In this document: piece after piece, positions 50,560 through 60,935 of the stretch | Position numbering within the stretch: position 1 is the first letter of the stretch | Layout of the letters: each line of letters starts with the position of its first letter | Assembly: GCA_963720465.1 (NCBI GenBank) | Contig: OY970393.1 | Span: 1,600,001-1,664,000, forward strand | Origin: Methanobacteriota archaeon | GTDB taxonomy: Archaea; Halobacteriota; Bog-38; Methanoflorentales; Methanoflorentaceae | Direction of reading: 5' to 3' | Length of the DNA: 64,000 nucleotides | The notes under the pieces: generated by a model | The model's database searches: none | What the model saw: the letters and a program-made list of their open reading frames with translations, nothing else | Told to the model about the DNA's origin: nothing | Made by a program: the position numbers and the translations under genes

Positions 50560-51097
50560 AGCTCGCCGCCCCAGAGACAATGAGCTCAATCCCTAGCAAG
50601 AGCAGGGCCACAGCGACTAAGACGACGAGAAGTGCAAAGCCAATCCCTGGGAAAACGATTACGGCTATAGCGATTATGAGCGCTATGATACCAAGGGCGA
50701 AGCTCGCCCCTCGTACCGATGCTGGAAGTCCGGCACCAGTCGCGTATCCGGCGTACGATATCCTACCAATCGCGTTAAGCAATAACCCGATGGCGAAGAC
50801 GGTAACCAAGAGCGCAGAGCCGAACCCTGTATCAAAGATAGCCGCAACCCCCAATACTAGCACGATAATCCCTAGTATGATGCTTATCACTTTGCCGCCC
50901 GTAGCAAGCATCTTTGATGTTGCCCCGCGAACAAGAAGGGCGAGGCCCAAGATCACTAATGCGACGCCTAGAATGATTCTGAGTGAAGCTATAGCAACAC
51001 TAGGATTGAAAATGAGGTAAACTGCAAGAAGAAGAACAATGATACCGGCGATGATCTCTACAATGCGAAGCCAGATTGGGTGCGTTTTCTCTGCCAT
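50558..51097 (-). CDS. HdeD/DUF308 membrane protein, copy 1
   Basis: Close paralog of copy 2; ATG 51097 after GGAGGTGA. Confidence 0.85.
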   Translation of the reverse strand: MAEKTHPIWLRIVEIIAGIIVLLLAVYLIFNPSVAIASLRIILGVALVILGLALLVRGATSKMLATGGKVISIILGIIVLVLGVAAIFDTGFGSALLVTVFAIGLLLNAIGRISYAGYATGAGLPASVRGASFALGIIALIIAIAVIVFPGIGFALLVVLVAVALLLLGIELIVSGAAS

Positions 51098-51873
51098 TTT
51101 TCTTTCACCTCCTTTTGGATGGGTTTGGTCATAGGATGGCGTCGCGAGTTTATCTGTGTTTACCATTTCCTTCAGAAATACAACCCACTTCCGCTGCGTT
51201 TTCGGCGCATTCAGAAGTGCATCACAAGCCCGGCATAGCACGCAGTAGTTTTGAACATGGCTACTTCATTGCCCTCCGCAGCTGTCGTTGTGTGACATCA
51301 CGTCACTGCACTTCGCATTCACACAAAGCGTGACAGACAAGTGTAACAAACCTTCTTATACCGTCGCGCAAAAAGAAACGTGCCAAGACCGCTCAACGCG
51401 GTATTGTTGCAGCGCCACACGTGATGTTGCTTCCTTAAAAAGTGTTCTTAAAACGAACCATGACCTCAGTTTGGTAGCACTGCCCCAAAGGAGAAGTTTG
51501 AATATGTGGCGCTGCCTCCTCTCTTTTTTTGCGGCCGTTAAGGCCTTTTCTGATTAGCGCGAAGAGCGGGAGCTGTGACTCGCTGTCAACGTCATTTTTA
51601 TCGAAATCAAACTTGCTTACTTGTAACACTTTAGACAAAAGCTAGCGACTGACATGCCCGTTAGCTCGCGCCGAGTGTGCCGGTCCCTCGACACACGCTC
51701 AAAAACTGAGGGGGTAGCTACTTGCACGCAATTGTTACATGGCAATTGCAATCAAAAAAGGCTCTGGCGCTCGGAGAATGCAATTTAAAGCAATTTTTAG
51801 CCTCCAAGTCGTTTAAGACGTCCAAATAGACAGACTAATAAAGTACGTTGACGATACAGCGGTAAGTGATCTA

Positions 51874-52209
51874 ATGGACACAGTGGATATCGAGCAAATC
51901 TACAAGAAGCTGCAGACGGATTGGGCCGACTGGACTGATGCTGACGATCAATGCATATCAATATGCAAAAAAGAGCTTATGGCTTCAATACAAGCAATAA
52001 ATGCTTACCTCGTCAGGTACGATCTCAAGACGAGAATAGAAGAGGACCCTACCCCTAAAGTGTGCGAGTTTTGCGGGAAGACGTACAAGGGGGCGGATCC
52101 AGTGTGCAAGAATTGTCTACTGAACATTAAGTTCAGACTCCGCAGGCTCAGCTGCTTGTTGAACGAAGATGACATACGAAAAGTATACACGGAACCGGTA
52201 GTACTATAG
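51874..52209 (+). CDS. Hypothetical protein with C4 zinc finger
   Basis: CEFC-x10-CKNC. Confidence 0.65.
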   Translation: MDTVDIEQIYKKLQTDWADWTDADDQCISICKKELMASIQAINAYLVRYDLKTRIEEDPTPKVCEFCGKTYKGADPVCKNCLLNIKFRLRRLSCLLNEDDIRKVYTEPVVL

Positions 52210-52424
52210 GTCAGCCCCCCCTCAGAACTTTCGGATCCTCCAAAAAATTCCTCCTCATTTTTCGATGGGTCTAAAAACAGTGAAGTTGCGCCTATGCACA
52301 CCTCGATCACACTTGGCCACGACCTGGGTTCAGATCTAAGCCTGCGTCTGTGGCTGGGTTTTCATAGGAGCGCGACAGCACGTGCGGGGTGTCTAATGAA
52401 GCCGTTTTTGTGGAGCAAATCGAC

Positions 52425-52633
52425 ATGGTGGAATCGGCCTGATCGCACAGCAAAGGCGTAAAGGACTTGCTATAGCCGCGATAGCCATAATTTCTGGTCT
52501 GGTTCTCATCTACGTAGCCAACAATATATTGAGCGCCGCCGCCCTAAGCCAAGCGTTTGCCGCCTATATCGGGGTATTTGCGGTCGCAGCGGGGATACTA
52601 TACGGCACAAGCACGCTCCTCGTCTCTGAGTGA
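52425..52633 (+). pseudogene. Small two-TM protein, start out of frame
   Basis: Open frame RRKGLAIAAIAIISGLVLIYVANN...YIGVFAVAAGILYG lacks a standard start before the TMs; the RBS-preceded ATG 52425 is in another frame. Confidence 0.5.
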
Positions 52634-52706
52634 GTTCATTGGATTTCGCAGACCCTCTAGCCAACGGTTGGGATTCTCTATCCGAGACGGGAAAAAGCGA
52701 ACGCCC

Positions 52707-53795
52707 CTACTGCTTTGACACGACATGCGGTAAATCATCGGACTCGATGGTGGTGGCGTCACCCCCAAGAACATCCACAAGCCAGCGCGCCTCCGTAAAA
52801 TTGCTCAGCAAGACTCGAATCAACAACGTGATCGGCACTGCAATAAGCGTACCCAGCGGCCCGAGAAGCCAGCCCCAGAAAAACACCGAAACAAGCACGA
52901 CCCACGGCGGGGTGTTGAGCCCTTTGCCTGCGTATCGAGGGAAGAGCACGTATTCGGCGATGACGTTGAGTATCACAAAAACGATGACGACTGCAATCGC
53001 CCCAATAGGTCCGTACTCTATCCACCCTAACAACGCCGGTGGAATCGTCGCCAACGCGAACCCGATGTACGGAATGAAGCTGAAGACAAAGAGCAAGACC
53101 CCCCACAGTAAGGCCAAGTCGATGCCCGCTGCGACGAGGAAGATCGTGGCGGGAATCGCCATAAAGGCGTTCACTTTAGTGCGAATGACTAAGAAGTTCC
53201 ATAGGTCTTGCCTCACCGCCAGCAACGGAGCAAATAGGGGGTTCGAGTCGACGTGGTCCGCGAGCTCTGTAGAACGGAACCTCGGAAAGGCGAGCAAGAA
53301 AAAGACGACCAATGTGATCAGGATGACCAATTGAAGGACCGCACTGCTGACGGCGCGCAGGATCGCGCCGCTCGCCTGAAGTACGAACGTGTTGCTGAGG
53401 ATATTCGCCGGTTCCAGTGTCCCGTTAAGTCCGAGGCCCGCGAGCTCGTCGCTCGCGGTTCCAAGCGCGCCAGTGTTTACGGCTGACGGAAGAATGAGGA
53501 GCTGGCGAACCGAGAGGTAAATGAGCGCGACAAAACCGCCGCCTAGCGCTAGCGTTCCTGCGATCATCACTGCCAAAGCGCGGGCCGTGGAGAGCCCCCG
53601 ATTTTCGAGACCTTGGAGCAACGGACTCGCAAGTGTCGCGAGGAAGATCGCAAGAAGAATGGGTGCTGCAATCTCGGCTGCCGCCTTTAGGCCGGCGAGG
53701 ATGATTATGACGCTTGCTGCGATGACTAGAAGGCGTGCCAGCGGCGATAGGCGCGCGCCTAGTAACTCATCTCCTTTGTCACTGGCCGTCTGCAT
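52707..53795 (-). CDS. AI-2E family transporter
   Basis: PILLA.FLA...P, FIPYIG...A.IPP, WGWLLGP.G...AVP.T. Confidence 0.92.
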   Translation of the reverse strand: MQTASDKGDELLGARLSPLARLLVIAASVIIILAGLKAAAEIAAPILLAIFLATLASPLLQGLENRGLSTARALAVMIAGTLALGGGFVALIYLSVRQLLILPSAVNTGALGTASDELAGLGLNGTLEPANILSNTFVLQASGAILRAVSSAVLQLVILITLVVFFLLAFPRFRSTELADHVDSNPLFAPLLAVRQDLWNFLVIRTKVNAFMAIPATIFLVAAGIDLALLWGVLLFVFSFIPYIGFALATIPPALLGWIEYGPIGAIAVVIVFVILNVIAEYVLFPRYAGKGLNTPPWVVLVSVFFWGWLLGPLGTLIAVPITLLIRVLLSNFTEARWLVDVLGGDATTIESDDLPHVVSKQ

Positions 53796-54530
53796 TCACC
53801 TCCCTGCGTTGACGCGCCCATATTGTGTTTGTTCCGAAAGCAACGTTGCGCTGGATTAAAAACGGCGGTCGAGGAAACCCGCAGCTTTGAGGACAGTTAG
53901 TTAGTCGCTCACTTAAACTTGACGATTTTGCGCTTGCGGCGCGTGTTCGGCTTTTGCAGCCCCGTTTGCTGCTGGCGAGTCTTTGCCAGACAACGACCAG
54001 CTCTTTTAACCAAAGCGTAAAAAACGAGGGGGAAAAGGGCGCCAGAGGTTAAGCTTCCAGAGCAGGCACATCTGCACAGACATGCTCGATAGGGCGGGCG
54101 ACTCACCGTTCCCTCAGAGAACGTATCAAAGCATCTTTTGTGCACGTGCTCGGTAGGTTGTCAGTGAGTTACGCGCCAGTGATCCGAATGAACGTGCTCT
54201 GAATCGCAATGACGATGGCAATTATGCCGACAGGATATTCTTGTGCCAGTCGCCAGAGAACATTAGGCTAAGAAAGCAGAACAGAAATATCGCGACGATG
54301 AGGCGCACAAAGGAGTATTGCCAAGTGCTTACGTGCAGTCAAGTCAGGCTTGCGCGCTGCCTTCACGTCTTTAAACGCATATAAAAAGAGCAGTTGTAAG
54401 AATAGCGTATATAACGAACTTCGCCACTTTTCTTCCGGTTTTTGCAGAGGTTTCCCTCGAAGTTTCGAAAAAAGTACATATGCGCACAACCCACCTAAGG
54501 ACGTACGCTTACGGGATATGTGAAGCACTG

Positions 54531-54653
54531 AAAAGAAAGGGTGTGCTCGCCAGTGGCATTCTGGGTTAAGCTACGGTCCTAGTCCAGAAGCAGCGGTAAA
54601 AAACAGGTGACTAGCCATTCGCGATCAGCCTCTCCAGTGGCTTCACACCTCCC
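54531..54653 (-). ncRNA. Candidate structured small RNA
   Basis: Closing stem plus two inner hairpins; CTTAAAG box upstream, U-rich tail downstream. No known family recognised. Confidence 0.3.
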
Positions 54654-54735
54654 GCACTCACCGCCCGACCGCTTTAAGCGCTTCTAAAAAACGGTTCTTT
54701 TTCGTGTAACTACGCTCTTTTAGCTCTGATAGCGT

Positions 54736-54945
54736 TTACTCCATAAAGTAGTCGAGTGCCTCCGGACAGCGGACCGTCAGTTGTTCGTAGAATCTCCGCG
54801 TGAGCTCTCGCGTGCTCGTGTCGAGAGCGTGCTTGTACGCTTCGACCAGCGGGGCCGGAAGCTTTCTCTTTCGCTTCATAATCGTAACGATCGCCTTAAC
54901 GGATACGTCAACCTCCTCGACCGAACTCCAATCGCTGTTTGGCAT
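54736..54945 (-). CDS. Small hypothetical protein
   Basis: 69-aa ATG ORF with protein-like composition. Confidence 0.55.
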   Translation of the reverse strand: MPNSDWSSVEEVDVSVKAIVTIMKRKRKLPAPLVEAYKHALDTSTRELTRRFYEQLTVRCPEALDYFME

Positions 54946-55101
54946 ACTAGCAAAGTTAATCCGTCTTCATACATAAGACCGCGTTTCCTTCCTTGTGCGG
55001 TCGCACACGCCCGCAACCCGCGCCGAAGCGTAGGGGTCGAGTTTGTCTCCATTGATCATGTGTCATACGATTATTGTGATAGAAAGGCGTCAACGCGCTC
55101 G

Positions 55102-56046
55102 TTACGTCGCGTTTTGTACTTTCGGCGCGATGTTGAGAAGTCCTGCGACCACCAGATAGTAGCCGGCTAAGCCTTTCCATTTGCCCCACTGCTCCGCAAT
55201 GCTCCTAGCCTGTGCGCTTGTGATCGTTTTTTCGCTGCAGTAGTAATGGGCAATCCATCTTCGCAATCCAAGATCATCAGCTGGAATGACGTCTAGTCGA
55301 CTAAGGCCGCGTATAGCGGTGAGTTCGGCAGTCCACAAGCCCACTCCGCGCAATGAGCGCAAGCTATCTAGGATCGTCTGCGTCTCTCCGAACCCTCTAA
55401 GTTGTTCCAAGTCGACTGATTGCGCGGCGATGCGTGCGGCGATGCCAGTAATGTACTCTGCCTTCATTCGGCTCAATCCGCAGCGTCGTAGGCTGTCAAC
55501 CGAAGCGAGTGCCATTCGCTCTGGAGCTGGAAATGCGTAATATGTATTCCCATCCACGATCAAAACGTCGCCAAACGCCTTTATCACGCGTCGCTGAAGA
55601 ACGTGCGCCACGTTGAGTGAGATCTGTTGTTCGATAATCGAATCGGAGAGCGCCTCAAAGACTGTCGCAGTCGCCGGATGTTTCAGCCCGCGGAGCCTTC
55701 CACTGAGCTCAGCCATGACAGGGTCATTCCGGATCGCATGATAAAACGGTTTGACATCGAGATATGCGTTAAACACGGAACTCATGACAGCGTGTGCCTC
55801 AGTTGCATCGCGATCAGTGAGCGAACGATCACTCGTCAAGGTTACATGCAGTTGTGGGGAGTCTATGGATCCTACAGGGGCGACGGTTGCAAGCAGTAAA
55901 TTACCGCCGACCCGCACCACTTGTCGATATGCAGTCCCGTCGTATTTTGCAATTTGAGGGTCGCCATCAGCGAGAATATATGCGCTCAATGCGAAATCAA
56001 ACGGGGGCGTGCAGTCAATGGTGAGGATTCGCGTTTGTTCCGGCAT
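55102..56046 (-). CDS. alkA: DNA-3-methyladenine glycosylase II (HhH-GPD)
   Basis: FEAL..SII.QQIS, FP.P, LRGVG.WTA, P.DDLG, W..W.G.A. Confidence 0.9.
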   Translation of the reverse strand: MPEQTRILTIDCTPPFDFALSAYILADGDPQIAKYDGTAYRQVVRVGGNLLLATVAPVGSIDSPQLHVTLTSDRSLTDRDATEAHAVMSSVFNAYLDVKPFYHAIRNDPVMAELSGRLRGLKHPATATVFEALSDSIIEQQISLNVAHVLQRRVIKAFGDVLIVDGNTYYAFPAPERMALASVDSLRRCGLSRMKAEYITGIAARIAAQSVDLEQLRGFGETQTILDSLRSLRGVGLWTAELTAIRGLSRLDVIPADDLGLRRWIAHYYCSEKTITSAQARSIAEQWGKWKGLAGYYLVVAGLLNIAPKVQNAT

Positions 56047-56112
56047 GTCTCACTCTCGATAATGTTCCGCTAAATGGACACAAGTCGCCTCTTCGGTTGG
56101 TTTTGCGAGATT

Positions 56113-56847
56113 TCAGGTCTGCTCTGCTAAGACCACCGTGATGTTGTCAAAGCCGCCCCCGCCTCGTGCGAGCTGAATGAGTCGTGCGCACTTGCTTTGC
56201 AGCGCGCTGGCCTTTTCTGAAACCACCGCGTAGATCGTTTGATCTACGATCGCATCAGTAAGCCCATCGGTGCAGAGCAGCACGTAATCCCCTCGGTTCC
56301 AGGAAGAAGAACCAAGCTCCACGTTCGTGAGGACGTCAATGCCAAGCGCTCGAGTAATTATGTGTCGATACGGGTGTTCTCGCGCTTCTTCAGGACTGAT
56401 GCGGCCTGCGGCGACCAGTTCTGCTACCAGCGAATGATCTCTCGTCAGATGCGTAATTCCACTTAGAGTTATCAGGTAGCCGCGACTGTCTCCAACGTGA
56501 GCTGCAAAAACGCGGTCGTTGGTCAAGAGGCACGCGACAACGGTCGTTGACATGCCTGCCAGTGACCGGTCTTCGCGACCCTGCTGATAGATGACATCGT
56601 TTGCCAGCGTCACGGCGTGGTCGAGGGTCGAGAGGGGGCTCCCCTCACCGATGTGCGACGTTACGTAGCCTTCAATCTGCTCAACGGCCAAATTACTTGC
56701 TATTTCGCCTGCCGGTTCGCCTCCGACGCCATCTGCTACCGCGATAAATCTTAGACGCTCATTTACGCGAAACGCATCTTCGTTTTTTTCTCTTCTGTTT
56801 CCCTTGTCGGTCTGAGCTGCGATTTTCAGGTCATCCACCTTCGCCAT
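56113..56847 (-). CDS. PP2C/PPM Ser/Thr protein phosphatase (PrpC/Stp1-like)
   Basis: G.RR..NED, VADG.GG..AGE.AS, HVGDSR, T.DHS, LCTDGL, GG.DNIT. Confidence 0.93.
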   Translation of the reverse strand: MAKVDDLKIAAQTDKGNRREKNEDAFRVNERLRFIAVADGVGGEPAGEIASNLAVEQIEGYVTSHIGEGSPLSTLDHAVTLANDVIYQQGREDRSLAGMSTTVVACLLTNDRVFAAHVGDSRGYLITLSGITHLTRDHSLVAELVAAGRISPEEAREHPYRHIITRALGIDVLTNVELGSSSWNRGDYVLLCTDGLTDAIVDQTIYAVVSEKASALQSKCARLIQLARGGGGFDNITVVLAEQT

Positions 56848-57240
56848 GTTGTTTGGCCTACTTCAGTTGTCTCACACAATAGAGTGTATACATAAAAGTA
56901 TTCTTACTCTCTGGCGCCTCTCTGACAGCATCCGCCTGACGTGTGGTTTGTTTGTCTGTTGAAATTATGCCGTAGTTTTTATGCTTGAATCCTCTGGGCC
57001 TTTCTAAATGCCGGGCGCTCAGCTCGCGCGCTAACGCGTGACTCGTTGGATCGCGCACGTCGCAACTCCTCGTCTCGCACACATCAGATAGGAACGCTTT
57101 AATCTTTGAGCCTCATTACAGACAAGACAATTGGAGAGAGCGAATACGATATAGGCGGCAAGGTCCCAAGGTGATGAACTTATGGTCAGGCACATAGATT
57201 GCTGCGTAATCTGGAGCACGCGCGAGCGGAGGTCATTCGG

Positions 57241-58926
57241 ATGAATGAAGTTAACGCCGACAACGTGACGCTTGACGATGGAACGCTGGAACACATTGCT
57301 AACGCGCTGTGGATGAGCGCATACGACCCTACCCGCATTCCTGAGAGCATTGCTGAAAAGATATTCAGCAAGAACAACAGCAGCGTTGCGTTCGGGAGCA
57401 GAATGCGCACGTATTTGGACTGGCTAATCGCCCACCCACAATCGCATAACCCGAACTACAAACGACGCTATGAAAAATTAAAAGCCCATTGCTCCAAACT
57501 GACTGCACATCAGGCGTACGTAATTACGAGCAAGTTTCTCGGCCTGAACGCGAGTCAGGGATTCGAGCCGATGTCAAAAGCAGCGGATCTGCAGTTCCCT
57601 CGTGACCACTTGCCGCAGCTTAGAACGTCTGTTGGTTGGCATTTCTTCGTCGGTAGCTGTTGGGATGAGGTGGGCAGCGAATACGGCGTGGAATGCATGT
57701 TCTTCCGCGTAGCGCTGCTACCGCCGGGCTTGGCTGCAGAGCTCGGTCTAAGCGACGTCGAGAACCAAGTCGTCGAGCTACAACTCGGCATAAGCGAGGC
57801 GGGCGGTCGGCACTACCAAGCGGATCCGGTCGTTATCGCGGGCACAACCGGCCTCATCAGCTGCGGTCTCGACCCATTTCGTTACGAGCTCGGGAAAAAT
57901 CGGATTGCGAGTGTCCGAAAAGAGTCGTTCTGGCCCCTCACCGTCGAAGCGTGGGGTCTGCAGAAGGCGGCCGAAGGGCCAGTGGAGCTCTCAATTAACC
58001 TGACGTTTGATGCAGGCAAGGAATACCTGTGCCAGGGCGACAACGGCTGCATGCCGTGCGTGGACGGTATGGGTACCCTTTATTATTCAATTCCAAATAT
58101 CACCCTAGCCCAAGGCAGCGAGTTGAGCCTTAATTCGAGGACGATTCCGCTTGATAAAGGGCTCTTCTGGTTTGATCACCAGTGGGGCTTCCTCCTAGGA
58201 AATCCGCGTTCTGCAGTCCTGCGTGCTGCAAACAATACGAAAAAACCAGACCCTCCCGGCTGGGACTGGTTTATGGCGCAATTTGGGGCCGATCGCCAGC
58301 TAACGATGTTTGCCGCGCACCGCAGCGAGTACGCGTCGTACTACTTTCGAACCGGACCGGAGCCCCCGGGCACGATGCGGGTCGCTACCGCCGGAAAATA
58401 CATGAACGAGCACAAAGAGCTGGTTAACACGGGGGGAACGCTCACGATCAGCGAGTGGGTCAAAGGGGAGCTATCGCCAAACCCGTCCCTGTACCCCGTG
58501 ACCCATACGTGGCACCCAAACAAATGGGAATTCGCGTTTGATACCAATCTGCCCGAAGATCTCCGTTGTTTCACGATGACGCCGATCGTCGATTCTGGGC
58601 AGACGAACTTCTTTGCGAACGGGTCGCAGTATTCCGAAGGCGCCGTCTATATACGGGGGAGCAATGAGGCCGATATCGGTCGCGGATTCGCTGAGTCAGT
58701 GGAGTACGCTGATACGGCCGGTGCGATGTTTTCGATAGCGGGTATTGACGACGTGCGCTTGCAGCGACTCATACGCCAAACGTCGAGTTCTTGGCCACGC
58801 CGTTTTTGGAGCCTCCTCTACGTTTTTGCGCATCGATCGCAACTTAAAGCAGTGCTTGCGTCGCAGAAAGGACTGGAGTTCTTCGCAAAACCAAGCCCTT
58901 CCCAAACACAAACGCCCCGGCATTGA
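57241..58926 (+). CDS. AttH/CrtC-like lipocalin-fold protein with N-terminal extension
   Basis: L.FPRDH, W.FF.G, G.LYYS.P, WFDHQWG, GWDWF..Q, YSEG.V, GRGF.E. Confidence 0.8.
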   Translation: MNEVNADNVTLDDGTLEHIANALWMSAYDPTRIPESIAEKIFSKNNSSVAFGSRMRTYLDWLIAHPQSHNPNYKRRYEKLKAHCSKLTAHQAYVITSKFLGLNASQGFEPMSKAADLQFPRDHLPQLRTSVGWHFFVGSCWDEVGSEYGVECMFFRVALLPPGLAAELGLSDVENQVVELQLGISEAGGRHYQADPVVIAGTTGLISCGLDPFRYELGKNRIASVRKESFWPLTVEAWGLQKAAEGPVELSINLTFDAGKEYLCQGDNGCMPCVDGMGTLYYSIPNITLAQGSELSLNSRTIPLDKGLFWFDHQWGFLLGNPRSAVLRAANNTKKPDPPGWDWFMAQFGADRQLTMFAAHRSEYASYYFRTGPEPPGTMRVATAGKYMNEHKELVNTGGTLTISEWVKGELSPNPSLYPVTHTWHPNKWEFAFDTNLPEDLRCFTMTPIVDSGQTNFFANGSQYSEGAVYIRGSNEADIGRGFAESVEYADTAGAMFSIAGIDDVRLQRLIRQTSSSWPRRFWSLLYVFAHRSQLKAVLASQKGLEFFAKPSPSQTQTPRH

Positions 58927-58992
58927 TCACATGCGAAGCAAAGTACTGAGGTCAGCGAGGTTAAGAAGCAAGCTTAAAAAAGGAAGAGATGA

Positions 58993-59436
58993 ATGCACGT
59001 CGTTAACATCTTAGTCGGATCCGACGGTACGTCGCTTATGGAGGCGGTCTTTGATCAATGTGCCTATCTGGCGCAGCTGACGGGAGCGATGGTCCACGTC
59101 GCGCACGTTTTAGACATGACAGTCTTTGGTGCCCGGCCGGTTGACGCCTCGTGGGAAGAAACGTACGTAATTATCAAATCGGAAGCGAGGCGGATTCTCG
59201 ACGCAGCGCGAGAGGCCCTGACAAAGAGGGGGGTAGCCGAAGCCACAATCATAGACGTTTTGCTTGAGGGGCACCCAGCCGAAGAACTCAACGCGTACGC
59301 GAGGAGCCACGCGATCGATCTCATCCTCGTCGGAACATATGGGAGAAAAGGCTTAGATCGATTGCTCATTGGCAATGTGGCTGACAAGGTTATCCGAACG
59401 GCTTCGGTTCCCGTAATGGTCGTGCACGGCGCATAG
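58993..59436 (+). CDS. Universal stress protein
   Basis: NILVG.DG, EGHPAEE, DLI..G..GRKGLDRLLIG.VADKV. Confidence 0.93.
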   Translation: MHVVNILVGSDGTSLMEAVFDQCAYLAQLTGAMVHVAHVLDMTVFGARPVDASWEETYVIIKSEARRILDAAREALTKRGVAEATIIDVLLEGHPAEELNAYARSHAIDLILVGTYGRKGLDRLLIGNVADKVIRTASVPVMVVHGA

Positions 59437-60039
59437 ACGTGCGTTCTCGAGAATAGCAGCTTTGCGGTTTTGTGACTCTTTACGTTGTAGTGAAGTTTCG
59501 GGCGGCGAGCTATGTATGCGTCCCATTATCCGCGCAGCTAGGTCGAACGCGCGTATTCCACACTTTGCGACGCATATAGTTCGCACAAGAACTTCATCCA
59601 GTATCGTATGATAAATATTATTGGATAATTATATTAAATATGAATGTCATTATAGCACATGTTAATGGGCACTACCTCGGTCGGGGCGTAGCGTGCACAT
59701 GTGTTGCACGGTTGCCTCGTTTCCTTACACCTGCCTGCTTCTTGCTTGATTCACCTCCCTAGCTACAAGGCAAGGTCTAGAAACACCGCGCCCCGCAACT
59801 TTTGCCCATTAGCCCCCCTTTTTATAGTTCGGGAAACGACATTCGCGAATGGTTGTCGCCCACGAGATCAATGTGCGCGCAACCTGTCAAGCGAGTGAGC
59901 GCCTTCGTCAATCAAACACGGCACTCTAAATCGTTTTCGTAACTCGGAACACAGGACGATGCCAGAAACGCGCGTCGCCAAAGGATCCGTCGCCGCCGTC
60001 CGGTGCAACATCTATAAAAGCGGCAACGTGCCGTTAAGA

Positions 60040-60789
60040 CTAGCTACGCTCGAGTTGGAGCCGTGAACGTAGCACCCACCCTGCGTTCATTCGCTCGAGC
60101 CGTTTCTTTTTCAGATTCTCCCTCATTATCCAGCGTATGTCCCTGTCCGCACTCGAAAACCAGTGTTCCATCAAAGGCATCCCCGTGGCGGGATTCGCAG
60201 CGACCGCCACGCTCCAACAGTATCCCATGCTCTTCTTTAGGGCCATGAACTCGTCGGTATTGCGATCGTTCGAACTCGAAATCGACGCCGTAATCCGATC
60301 TAGCAGTGCGAGCGTCTGTTTTGCGTATTCTTTCTGCTTCAGTAACCGAGGCTCGCAAAGCGAAGCGGCTGCCGCTCGCATCTCAAGGAAGTTGCCCCGA
60401 CTCCAACGCTCCATTTCGCTGAGAAGCCGGCTCATATCGGTGTCGCCGAGGCGTTGAAGGGCCATCGCCACGCCCTCGCGGACGCGCCATCGTGAATCAG
60501 AAGCACATTCTCGGAGCGTTTCGAGGACGCTGCAATCCCCTTGCGCGAGCAGTCGCCCCAGCCCCACCGCACCGCATACGGCTAGGAACTCGCCTGGTGT
60601 GTTGGCCGGGAATCTCTCTGCGTCAAACGTCAAAAAGTGTCTAAACTGGGTTTCAGTCCCCTCATTGGCAACCATGCTAGCCAACTCTAGATTTGCTCGG
60701 GGGCCTGGCAATCTCGACTCTCTTAGCAAGAAGTCATCCCAGTCAGCTAGTGAACGCAGTGTCGTGCGATGGTCCTCGGTCTTGCTCAC
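60040..60789 (-). CDS. HEAT/ARM-like repeat protein
   Basis: LPGPRANLELA, D.RWRVRE.VA.ALQ, D.DIRWIMRENL.K.RL. Confidence 0.75.
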   Translation of the reverse strand: MSKTEDHRTTLRSLADWDDFLLRESRLPGPRANLELASMVANEGTETQFRHFLTFDAERFPANTPGEFLAVCGAVGLGRLLAQGDCSVLETLRECASDSRWRVREGVAMALQRLGDTDMSRLLSEMERWSRGNFLEMRAAAASLCEPRLLKQKEYAKQTLALLDRITASISSSNDRNTDEFMALKKSMGYCWSVAVAANPATGMPLMEHWFSSADRDIRWIMRENLKKKRLERMNAGWVLRSRLQLERS

Positions 60790-60935
60790 ACGGATCCCCG
60801 TTCAAGAATGCCGAAAGCGTCTATTAGTAGTCAGCGGTGAGCCAGACATTGTGGGACCGGCAAGTTAAAATTTGTCTTACAATGCATGTAGATTTGTGGA
60901 ATGGAAGAAAGATAGTGTAATGATGAGGCAGCGGG

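Noticed and set aside
59605-59665. Second AT-rich tract
   Set aside because: No associated gene, repeat or ORB; no supportable function.
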